From Candidatus Bipolaricaulia bacterium (lineage in GTDB: Bacteria; Bipolaricaulota; Bipolaricaulia; JBHIAT01), in contig JBHIAT010000111.1 in assembly GCA_046758705.1 (NCBI GenBank), positions 1 through 12,274 of the forward strand: 12,274 bases of DNA. The letters run 5' to 3'. Below the pieces are notes generated by a model that worked only from the letters and a program-made list of their open reading frames with translations, had not been told where the DNA came from and ran no database searches. Position 1 is the first letter of the stretch; each line of letters starts with the position of its first letter. Made by a program: the position numbers and the translations under genes. Shown here one piece after another: positions 1 through 7,146 of the stretch.

Positions 1-111
1 TTTTTCGCCGATATGAACGGTTCGACCGCTGGTTGCACAAACGCTACGCTAGAAGGGTCGAAAGTATTTGGAAGACGAGTTAAAAGCATAGAGCACTTTT
101 CAGGAGGCACC

Positions 112-823
112 ATGGGTAAACTGACTCTTCCCCAACTCGAACGTCACCTGTTCGCCGCGGCTGACATCCTGCGCGGGAAGATGGATGCCTCAGAGTTCAA
201 GGAATACATCTTCGGAATGCTGTTTCTGAAACGTAGCTCTGACGTGTTCGAGGAACGTTATGAACAGATCATCGCAGATAACCTTGCCAGGGGACGTACT
301 CAGGCGGAGGCCGAGCAGCGCGCTGAGTCACCCGCCTATTACGCCGACACTTTCTTTGTGCCTCCAAGGGCTCGTTGACCCTATATACGCGATGAACTGC
401 ACGACGATATCGGGAACAGCCTTAACAAGGCTCTCGGTGCACTGGAACATGAGAATCCTGAACTCGAGGGTGTCCTCGGTCATATCAGCTTTACCCGCAT
501 GGTTGGAAAAACTAGACTCTCAGACCAAAAACTTCGTGATCTCATCCGACATTTCAGCAAGTATCGCCTGCGTAATGAGGACTTCGAGTTCCCTGACCTT
601 CTCGGTGCTGCCTACGAATACCTGATCGGCCAATTTGCCGACTCCGCCGGCAAGAAAGGCGGCGAGTTCTATACCCCTACGGGTTCTGTCCTGAGACCGG
701 CAAGAAGGCTGATCTAATGTTCGTCCAGCACATGCTGTCGGTGCTACGCCCCGGTGGCATGATGGTCACAGTTATGCCTCACGGTGTGCTGTTCCGTGGT
801 GGAACGGAAAAGGAGATCCGTCG
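112..823 (+). pseudogene. hsdM: Type I restriction-modification methyltransferase subunit M, pseudogene (nonsense codon, internal deletion with frameshift, 3' truncation)
   Basis: AGGAGG RBS then ATG 112. HsdM N-terminal motifs [33 protein letters not shown]. In-frame TGA at 376-378 where VP..ARW has Trp; the same frame continues through [28 protein letters not shown]. At ~677 it jumps to another frame reading [19 protein letters not shown]...VMPHGVLFRGGTEKEIR, and similarity ends at ~823. Confidence 0.92.
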
Positions 824-920
824 GATGCCTCCTCCCTTAGTTGATACAGGTACAGTGTACCTGCGGAGGCATCCGATTTTCTTTGCCGGACCGTCTGGCA
901 GCCCGACTTTCATACTACCA
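821..920. repeat. Structured non-coding element with nested inverted repeats, possibly a mobile-element end remnant
   Basis: Perfect 12-bp IR TCGGATGCCTCC (821-832) / GGAGGCATCCGA (865-876) enclosing CAGGTACA-G-TGTACCTG (847-863). A further imperfect IR TGCCGGA-CCG-TCTGGCA lies at 884-900. The left edge coincides with the hsdM truncation point. Confidence 0.6.
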
Positions 921-934
921 ATTGGCTTTGCCGA

Positions 935-1228
935 TTATGATCCGGTGATCTCTTCAACTGCTTCCATCACCGAGTCCCACGTCGGCTTTTCAGCTCGCTG
1001 GTTGAGCCACTCCTGCAGCTGGGGGGCGGCTTGCTTGGCCCGATCGAGGTCGTCTGCGAACAGGTAATGCAGCGCCAGGCCAAAGCCGGCGATATAGACC
1101 TCGCGGAGAGACAGGTCGGGGAACGCCTCTATCAACGCCAACAGTCCTTCCAGATCCCCGATCTCATCCAGCAATTCCCGCTCCTGCAGGAACGTCCGTA
1201 GCGCTTGAATCCGTTCCTCGGTCACCAT
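935..1228 (-). CDS. Hypothetical small acidic, probably helical protein (97 aa)
   Basis: Strong RBS GAGGAGGTGA 5 nt before ATG 1228, preferred over GTG 1237, which lies inside the RBS. Protein-like amphipathic composition (MVTEERIQALRTFLQERELLDEIG...). No recognisable motif. Confidence 0.75.
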   Translation of the reverse strand: MVTEERIQALRTFLQERELLDEIGDLEGLLALIEAFPDLSLREVYIAGFGLALHYLFADDLDRAKQAAPQLQEWLNQRAEKPTWDSVMEAVEEITGS

Positions 1229-1292
1229 CCGACTCACCTCCTCAACAACAAAATTCTATCTGATTTGCAGCCCCATGTGCCACTGGCTCGGT

Positions 1293-1321
1293 TTGATCCG
1301 ATCCTCGGTGATGGCTATACT
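1293..1321 (+). promoter_or_regulatory. Putative sigma70-type promoter of the udk operon
   Basis: TTGATC (1293-1298) - 17 nt - TATACT (1316-1321). Confidence 0.6.
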
Positions 1322-1402
1322 TTCTTTCGGGAGGCGATGATCGGCGGGATAGTGGAACGACCCATTCTCTAAACTGGAACGGGTCTCCTGATCCGAACGT
1401 TT

Positions 1403-2065
1403 ATGAGGCAGTCCGATCGGCCGTACTTCATCGGGATCGGCGGGGGCACAGGGAGCGGCAAGACGACGATTGCTGAGGCAATCGCCGAGCTCGTCCCCCG
1501 CGAGTGGATCACGACAATCTCCATGGACAACTACTACCAGGATTTCAGCCCGCTCCCGTTCGAGGAGCGGGTCAAGGTCAATTACGACCATCCTGATGCC
1601 TTCGATTGGGATCTGCTGCTGGACCATCTGGAACGGCTCTCGACCGGGGAGTCCATCCAGATGTTCCAATATGACTTCACCCGGCACGTACGCCGCGACC
1701 GGACCGCGCAGGTCGAGCCAACAGAGATCATTATTCTGGAGGGGATTCTGGCGCTGTACCATGAGAAAATCCGGCGGTGGCTGGACGTCAAAATCTACGT
1801 CGATACCGAACCGGATGAGCGGATTTTGAGACGCATCGAGCGGGACATCCACGAACGGGGGAGGAGCCTGGATTCGGTCATCCGTCAATACCGTGAGACG
1901 GTGAAACCGATGCATGAGGCGTTCGTGGAGCCGACGAAAAAAGACGCCGACATCATCATCCCGGAGGGGATGAACACCGTCGCTGTGGATCTGTTGCGGT
2001 CCAAGATTGAACGGGTTGCCCTGGAGCGGGCCGGGACCGGCTCAGGGGAGGGAGGTCTCGGGTGA
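1403..2065 (+). CDS. udk: Uridine/cytidine kinase
   Basis: P-loop GGTGSGKTT, MDNYY, NYDHPDAFD, LEGIL, RRIERDIHERGRS and FVEPTKKDADIIIP are typical Udk motifs. Confidence 0.95.
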   Translation: MRQSDRPYFIGIGGGTGSGKTTIAEAIAELVPREWITTISMDNYYQDFSPLPFEERVKVNYDHPDAFDWDLLLDHLERLSTGESIQMFQYDFTRHVRRDRTAQVEPTEIIILEGILALYHEKIRRWLDVKIYVDTEPDERILRRIERDIHERGRSLDSVIRQYRETVKPMHEAFVEPTKKDADIIIPEGMNTVAVDLLRSKIERVALERAGTGSGEGGLG

Positions 2066-2490
2066 GGGTGACGCGACGGAGCGTGATCAAATTCCTGCAA
2101 GAGGTGCCGCTGTTTACCAACTGCAGTGCTAAGGAACTCCGCTCCATTATAGAGATCGCCAAGAACCAGACGTTCAAAGCCGAGACCCGGATCGTGGCCC
2201 AGGGCGACCGGGCGACCAGTTTCTACCTGATTCTCGATGGGAAGGTGGCGATCCGGCGCGACGGCCATGATCTGGCCGAGCTCCAGGTGGGACAGTTCTT
2301 CGGGGAGATGGCGCTCCTCAACGATGAATCCCGCTCCGCTGATGTCATCGCGATCGAGAAGACGCAGTGCTTGATCCTGACCCGATGGGCGCTTCACAGC
2401 ATCCTGCTTAACAACCCCCAGATCGCGATCAGGATCATCGGAGAGCTGGCTCGCCGCCTCCGTGACACCAACAGGAAACTCACCGAGTGA
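2062..2490 (+). CDS. Stand-alone cyclic nucleotide-binding domain protein (no HTH), copy 1
   Basis: QGD..TSFYLILDGKV and phosphate-binding cassette FFGEMALLNDESRSADV; ends after the C-helix (ELARRLR). GGAGGT RBS; GTG start overlaps the udk TGA (GTGA). Confidence 0.92.
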   Translation: MRVTRRSVIKFLQEVPLFTNCSAKELRSIIEIAKNQTFKAETRIVAQGDRATSFYLILDGKVAIRRDGHDLAELQVGQFFGEMALLNDESRSADVIAIEKTQCLILTRWALHSILLNNPQIAIRIIGELARRLRDTNRKLTE

Positions 2491-2500
2491 CGCTGAGATC

Positions 2501-3943
2501 ATGAACGTGTCCCACCCCAAGATCGGCGAGATGTCGTGTCGATTCCGAAGTGAAGCCAACCCGGATTATCGCTGCCCCACGCCTGTCTTGGCCGATTCGG
2601 ATGGATACTGTGTGTTCCATCATTCTGACGAGAAGGATCCGGGCAGCTTTCAGGAGAAGCTCTTGGAACAGTTGGAGGCCGAAAACTTCGATTTCACCGG
2701 CTACATCTTCCCGGAGGAGTTCGACTGGGGCGACCGAACGTTCGAACGGGAAGTCCGATTCGTCGAAGCTCAGTTCTTGACCGGGGCGTGCTTTGACGAG
2801 ATCCGGTTTTTGCGGGACGTCTCATTCGAGGGGGCCAGGTTCACCGGAGAGGAGGTCTCGTTCTGGGGGGCGCGGTTTGCCGGGGAGCGAACGATCTTTC
2901 TCGGAGCCCGGTTTGAGACCGAGCGAGTCAGCTTCGAGTTCGCGCGCTTCTCAGGCAGGGAAGTGCGATTCGACGGGGCCGAGTTCCTGAGCGAGGAGGT
3001 CAACTTCGAGGCGGCCGTATTCGCCAGAGGACGAGTCTCATTCGCCGGCACTCGCTTCTCGGGAGTGACCTCATTCGAGGACGTCGAGTTCAACGGCCGG
3101 CGGGCCCTGTTCGACGGAACCGTCTTCTCGGGTGAGTTCACCCGCTTCAAGTCGGCCCACTTCGAGGCGGAGACCGTATTTCGCTATACCCAATTCTCCA
3201 GGGAGGCCTACTTCGATCAGATCCACGGTGCAGATCTCACCCTGTCTCAAGTCCGGTTCTCCGGAGCGGTCTCGTTCGCCGGAGCGGAACTCGATCGGGC
3301 AACCTTCAGGGATGTGGACCTCCGGAATGTCTCGTTCCGTGGCGTCCAGCTCCGGGATGTCCACTTCATCAATGTCGTCTGGAACCAGGCGATCTACAGG
3401 TGGGCAGGTCCGCTGAGAGAGCTGTTCGCAAGGCCGATCTGTCGAGATGAACGGGACGCCAACGATCTGGAGAGCTACGCACGGGCGGAGGATGTCTGCC
3501 GCCAGATCAAACGTGTCTATCAGAACGCCGGCAATTACCAACAGGCCGGGGAGTTCCACTACGGGGAGATGGAGTGCGCACGCCGTACCCGCCGATGGCT
3601 CTCCAAGAATCTGGGCCCTTATCAACTCTACCGGCTGGTGATCGGGTACGGCGAGCGGCCGCTGCGGGTGATCCTCACCTCGGCGTTGATCATCCTGGTG
3701 TTCGCGCTTCCCTACTGGGGATCCGGAGATCTGTTCACCATCACTCAGAATAACGTGCTGCAGACGGCGGACCTGTTCGACACGGTCTACTTTAGCGTGG
3801 TGACATTCACGACGCTCGGCCTCGGTGATTTCCAGCCGACCGCCACCAGCTGGGTGCGAGCGATCGTGATGATCGAAGCGTTCCTCGGAGCGTTCATGAT
3901 GGCACTGTTCGTGCTGACCTTCGGTCGGAAGATGATCCGCTGA
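2501..3943 (+). CDS. Pentapeptide-repeat protein with a C-terminal two-TM potassium-channel-like pore domain (Ion_trans_2 type)
   Basis: N-terminal Cys/His cluster, long xxFxxAxF repeat region, GYGERP, TM1 (VILTSALIILVFALPYW), pore helix and filter VYFSVVTFTTLGLGDFQP, TM2 (AIVMIEAFLGAFMMALFVLTF). Start uncertain (ATG 2501 or 2531). Confidence 0.88.
   Translation: MNVSHPKIGEMSCRFRSEANPDYRCPTPVLADSDGYCVFHHSDEKDPGSFQEKLLEQLEAENFDFTGYIFPEEFDWGDRTFEREVRFVEAQFLTGACFDEIRFLRDVSFEGARFTGEEVSFWGARFAGERTIFLGARFETERVSFEFARFSGREVRFDGAEFLSEEVNFEAAVFARGRVSFAGTRFSGVTSFEDVEFNGRRALFDGTVFSGEFTRFKSAHFEAETVFRYTQFSREAYFDQIHGADLTLSQVRFSGAVSFAGAELDRATFRDVDLRNVSFRGVQLRDVHFINVVWNQAIYRWAGPLRELFARPICRDERDANDLESYARAEDVCRQIKRVYQNAGNYQQAGEFHYGEMECARRTRRWLSKNLGPYQLYRLVIGYGERPLRVILTSALIILVFALPYWGSGDLFTITQNNVLQTADLFDTVYFSVVTFTTLGLGDFQPTATSWVRAIVMIEAFLGAFMMALFVLTFGRKMIR
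2753..3382 (+). repeat. Protein-level beta-solenoid repeat: 11-12-aa xxFxxAxFxxx(x) units followed by classical pentapeptides
   Basis: VSFEGARFTGEE / VSFWGARFAGER / TIFLGARFETER / VSFEFARFSGRE / VRFDGAEFLSEE / VNFEAAVFARGR ... then AELDR/ATFRD/VDLRN/VSFRG/VQLRD/VHFIN. Confidence 0.85.
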
Positions 3944-3969
3944 TCCAAGGAGGTGGGGGAGTATACGTT

Positions 3970-4884
3970 TTAGCCGGCGTGGAGCTTCAGGGCGGCGTAG
4001 ATAAAGTGATTCACCGGCACGTCCACCCCCAGTTCACGCCCCAGCCGCACAACGGTCCCGTTCAGCGCATCCAGCTCAAGTCGGTGGCCTCGTTCCAAGT
4101 CCCGTTGCATGGATGATTTCATCTCGGGAAGTAGGCGATCAGCGAAGGTCAGCCGTTCCTCAACGATCCCCTCGGGAAGGCTGATCCCTTGGGCTCGGGC
4201 CACGGCCTTCACCTCGCGCATGCAGTCAGCGAACATCTGTCGTGTATCCGGATCTTGCAGGATGGGGCCGATGGGCGTTCGGATCAGGCTGGTCATTCCA
4301 CTCAACGCGCAGATGAACAAAAACTTGCTCCACAGCTCCGTCTGAATGTTCGTCGACAGCTCGGCATCGATGCCGGCATTCTGGTAAGCGTTAAGGAATG
4401 CCTCGGCGCGGGGGGTGACTCGTCCATCCAGTTCACCAAATACCAACTTGGCCATGGCGCTCTGTTGATGGATGACACCCGGTTCAGAGATGGTTGACTC
4501 GACGTAGGCCGCGCCACCCATCACATGCTGCCGCCCGAGGATCGCGCTGAGCTTCTCCTCGTTGTCCACGCCATTCTGGAACGATATCACGGCTGTGTTA
4601 TCCCTCACAACCGGCTGCAGGGCTTTTCCGGCCTCCTCGGTATCCCAGGACTTGACAGAGAGCATGACCAGGTCAACTGGCCCGGCCTCCCTCGGATCGT
4701 CGGTCACCTGGGCTGGCTTGACGACCAAGTCGCCATGATGGGGGCTGTACACCTGAAGTCCGTGTTCCCGAATGGCATGCAGATGCTCACCCCGGGCAAT
4801 GAAGGTGACATCCTCGCCGTAGGATGCCAATCGGCCACCGAAGTAACCGCCCACACCGCCCGTGCCCATGACGATCATTCTCAC
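3970..4884 (-). CDS. panE: 2-dehydropantoate 2-reductase (ketopantoate reductase, PanE/ApbA family)
   Basis: Rossmann GTGGVGG, SVKSWD, FQNG, ELWSKF, KSSMQRDLERGHRLELDALNG. GTG 4884 chosen because GAGGAG lies 8 nt upstream. Confidence 0.92.
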   Translation of the reverse strand: MRMIVMGTGGVGGYFGGRLASYGEDVTFIARGEHLHAIREHGLQVYSPHHGDLVVKPAQVTDDPREAGPVDLVMLSVKSWDTEEAGKALQPVVRDNTAVISFQNGVDNEEKLSAILGRQHVMGGAAYVESTISEPGVIHQQSAMAKLVFGELDGRVTPRAEAFLNAYQNAGIDAELSTNIQTELWSKFLFICALSGMTSLIRTPIGPILQDPDTRQMFADCMREVKAVARAQGISLPEGIVEERLTFADRLLPEMKSSMQRDLERGHRLELDALNGTVVRLGRELGVDVPVNHFIYAALKLHAG

Positions 4885-4908
4885 CGCGATCACTCCTCAA
4901 CTTGGGTA

Positions 4909-4938
4909 CATGCTATAGCATGCCACGATGAATGGCAA
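4909..4938 (-). promoter_or_regulatory. Putative panE promoter with an overlapping 14-bp palindrome
   Basis: Minus strand TTGCCA (4938-4933) - 17 nt - TAGCAT (4915-4910). Perfect palindrome CATGCTATAGCATG at 4909-4922. Confidence 0.45.
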
Positions 4939-4984
4939 ACGATCGCGGATCGGGGTTTGTGGTCGCGGTGGACTTCCCCATCGG

Positions 4985-5013
4985 TTGCTCAGCTGGTGAC
5001 CATTGGGTACAAT
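4985..5013 (+). promoter_or_regulatory. Putative sigma70-type promoter of the mutase operon
   Basis: TTGCTC (4985-4990) - 17 nt - TACAAT (5008-5013), about 20 nt before ATG 5033. Confidence 0.55.
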
Positions 5014-5032
5014 GAGGAGCGGGTGGTTTGCA

Positions 5033-6673
5033 ATGAGCGGTGATCCAGGCGAGCGGCGAGCGTTCAAGACCGACTCCGACATTGAGGTCGAGTGGCTCTA
5101 CACCCCTGACGATGTCAAAGATCTCGATTACGATCGAGATCTCAGCTATCCCGGCCAGGCTCCGTTCACCCGCGGTATCTATCCGACGATGTATCGCGGC
5201 CGCCCGTGGACGATGCGCCAGTATGCGGGGTTCGGGACCGCCCGGGAGACGAACCGCCGTTATCGATACCTGATCGAACACGGCCAGATGGGGCTGTCGG
5301 TGGCGTTCGATCTGCCGACCCAGATGGGCTACGACTCCGACGATCCGATGGCCGAGGGCGAGGTGGGTCGGGCGGGTGTGGCGATCGATACGCTTCGGGA
5401 CATGGAGATCCTATTCGATGGCATCCCGCTGGATGCGATCTCCACGTCGATGACGATCAACGCGACCGCGGCAATCCTGCTGGCGATGTATGTGGCACTT
5501 GGGGAAACACGCGGGGTCCCCGGTGACCGGCTTTCCGGGACGATCCAAAACGACATCCTGAAAGAATACATCGCTCGCGGTACCTACATCTACCCACCGG
5601 GGCCGGCGATGCGGCTGGTCGCGGATGCGATCGAGTACAGTGTTAAAAACCTGCCTCACTGGAACCCGATCAGCATCTCCGGTTACCACATGCGCGAGGC
5701 GGGCGCGACCGCGGTCCAGGAACTGGCGTTCACAATGGCGAACGGAATCGCCTACATTAAGGCTGTGTTGGAAAGAGGCATCCCCGTTGACGCGGTCGCG
5801 CCGCAACTGAGCTTCTTCTTCTCCTGTGATCGAAACTTCTTCGAGGAGGCAGCCAAGTTTCGGGCGGCTCGACGGCTGTGGACACGGATCCTCAAAGAAC
5901 GGTTCGGAACGAACGATCCGAAGTCGATGCAGCTGCGATTCCATACCCAGACAGCTGGAAGCACGTTGACGGCTCAGCAACCGCTCAACAACCTCGTCCG
6001 CACCACACTCCAGGCGCTGGCGGCCGTTTTGGGGGGGACACAGAGCCTTCATACCAACGCCTATGACGAGGCGCTGGCGCTGCCGACGGAACGGGCGGTG
6101 CTTTTAGCACTGCGCACCCAGCAGATCATCGCCCACGAGAGCGGCGTCGCTGACACGATCGATCCGTTGGGTGGCTCGTATTATGTGGAACACCTAACAA
6201 GCGAGTTGGAACAGGAAGCCGGTGATTACCTGGAGCGGATCGATGCACAGGGTGGTGCCCTGAGAGCGGTCGAAACCGGATACGTTCAGCAGGAGATCCA
6301 TCGCAGCGCCTATCGAAAGCAGATCGAGATGGAACGTGGGAAGCGAACGGTTGTGGGGATTAACCGATTTGTTGAGGATGAGGGAGAGGGGGGTGAACCG
6401 GAGATCCATCGCCTCGATGCAGAGGGCGTTGACAGGCAACGGGATCGGTTGAGACGTCTGCGACAGAGACGGGACGGTGATGCGGTGAAGCGGGCGTTGG
6501 ACAGGGTGCGTCGGGCGGCCGAGTCTGAAGGTGGTGAAGGGAAAGGGAACCTGATGCCCTCCATCCTGGAAGCGGTCAAAGCCTATACGACGGTCGGGGA
6601 GATCAGCGATGCGTTGCGCGAGGTCTTCGGGGAGTTCAAAGCAAAAAGCAAAGGAAACAGCGAAGGAGGGTAG
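5033..6673 (+). CDS. mcmA: Methylmalonyl-CoA mutase, catalytic (TIM-barrel) subunit of the split two-subunit type
   Basis: [99 protein letters not shown]. Ends at [14 protein letters not shown] with no B12-binding DxHxxG domain. Confidence 0.95.
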   Translation: MSGDPGERRAFKTDSDIEVEWLYTPDDVKDLDYDRDLSYPGQAPFTRGIYPTMYRGRPWTMRQYAGFGTARETNRRYRYLIEHGQMGLSVAFDLPTQMGYDSDDPMAEGEVGRAGVAIDTLRDMEILFDGIPLDAISTSMTINATAAILLAMYVALGETRGVPGDRLSGTIQNDILKEYIARGTYIYPPGPAMRLVADAIEYSVKNLPHWNPISISGYHMREAGATAVQELAFTMANGIAYIKAVLERGIPVDAVAPQLSFFFSCDRNFFEEAAKFRAARRLWTRILKERFGTNDPKSMQLRFHTQTAGSTLTAQQPLNNLVRTTLQALAAVLGGTQSLHTNAYDEALALPTERAVLLALRTQQIIAHESGVADTIDPLGGSYYVEHLTSELEQEAGDYLERIDAQGGALRAVETGYVQQEIHRSAYRKQIEMERGKRTVVGINRFVEDEGEGGEPEIHRLDAEGVDRQRDRLRRLRQRRDGDAVKRALDRVRRAAESEGGEGKGNLMPSILEAVKAYTTVGEISDALREVFGEFKAKSKGNSEGG

Positions 6674-6683
6674 TACAGATCCC

Positions 6684-7136
6684 ATGGCGAACGCTCAGGA
6701 GTCGATAGAGGGCGAGGATAGGGAGCAGGCGTTCAAGCAACTGCAGGAGACGACGCTCTTCTCCGACTGCGGTGAGGTGGCGCTGCATTCGTTTGTCTTA
6801 GCCGCACATCAGCAGACATATGAGGCGGAGACCGTGATCATCAAGGAAGGGGAGGCGGGGCTCGGCTTCTACCTCATCCTCGACGGGCGGGTGGCGGTGA
6901 AGCGGAAGGAGCGCCTCCTAGTTGAGTTGGGGGTCGGGGATTTCTTCGGAGAGATGGCGATTTTGACCAGGACACCTCGCTTCGCCGATGTGGTTGCCCT
7001 GGAGCCGATCCGATGTCTGGTGTGGGGGCGGCGGGCGTTTAGAGAGATCCTCACCACTTACACTGAAGTTGCCTTGAAACTGATGGAGGAGCTGGCGCTC
7101 CGATTGCAACGCGCGGACGAGATGATCGCCGGTTGA
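6684..7136 (+). CDS. Stand-alone cyclic nucleotide-binding domain protein (no HTH), copy 2
   Basis: IIKEGE...GFYLILDGRV, FFGEMAILTRTPRFADV, C-helix ELALRL. AAGGAGG at the end of the mutase gene, ATG 6684 (150 aa). Confidence 0.9.
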   Translation: MANAQESIEGEDREQAFKQLQETTLFSDCGEVALHSFVLAAHQQTYEAETVIIKEGEAGLGFYLILDGRVAVKRKERLLVELGVGDFFGEMAILTRTPRFADVVALEPIRCLVWGRRAFREILTTYTEVALKLMEELALRLQRADEMIAG

Positions 7137-7146
7137 TGGAGAGAAG

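Noticed and set aside
376..378. In-frame TGA at a Trp position in hsdM as evidence of genetic code 4 or selenocysteine
   Set aside because: udk, both CNBD genes, the channel, mce and yicC end at TGA at their expected C-termini, the position is not a Cys site, and the gene has two other lesions.
717..1067. 116-aa ORF as a real gene
   Set aside because: Only the first ~35 codons are HsdM; the rest runs through the hairpin element and antisense to the 97-aa ORF.
2062..2490. Crp/Fnr transcription factor (also applies to 6684-7136)
   Set aside because: Both proteins stop after the C-helix, with no HTH domain and no frameshifted continuation before the next gene.
2753..3230. CRISPR array or DNA-level tandem repeat (33-36 nt periodicity)
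   Set aside because: The periodicity is explained by degenerate protein repeats within an open frame; there are no identical repeats with unique spacers and no cas genes.
2062..3943. Pycsar/CBASS anti-phage system
   Set aside because: No cyclase or CD-NTase in the window, the CNBD is not fused to an effector, and the context is housekeeping. Kept only as an analogy.
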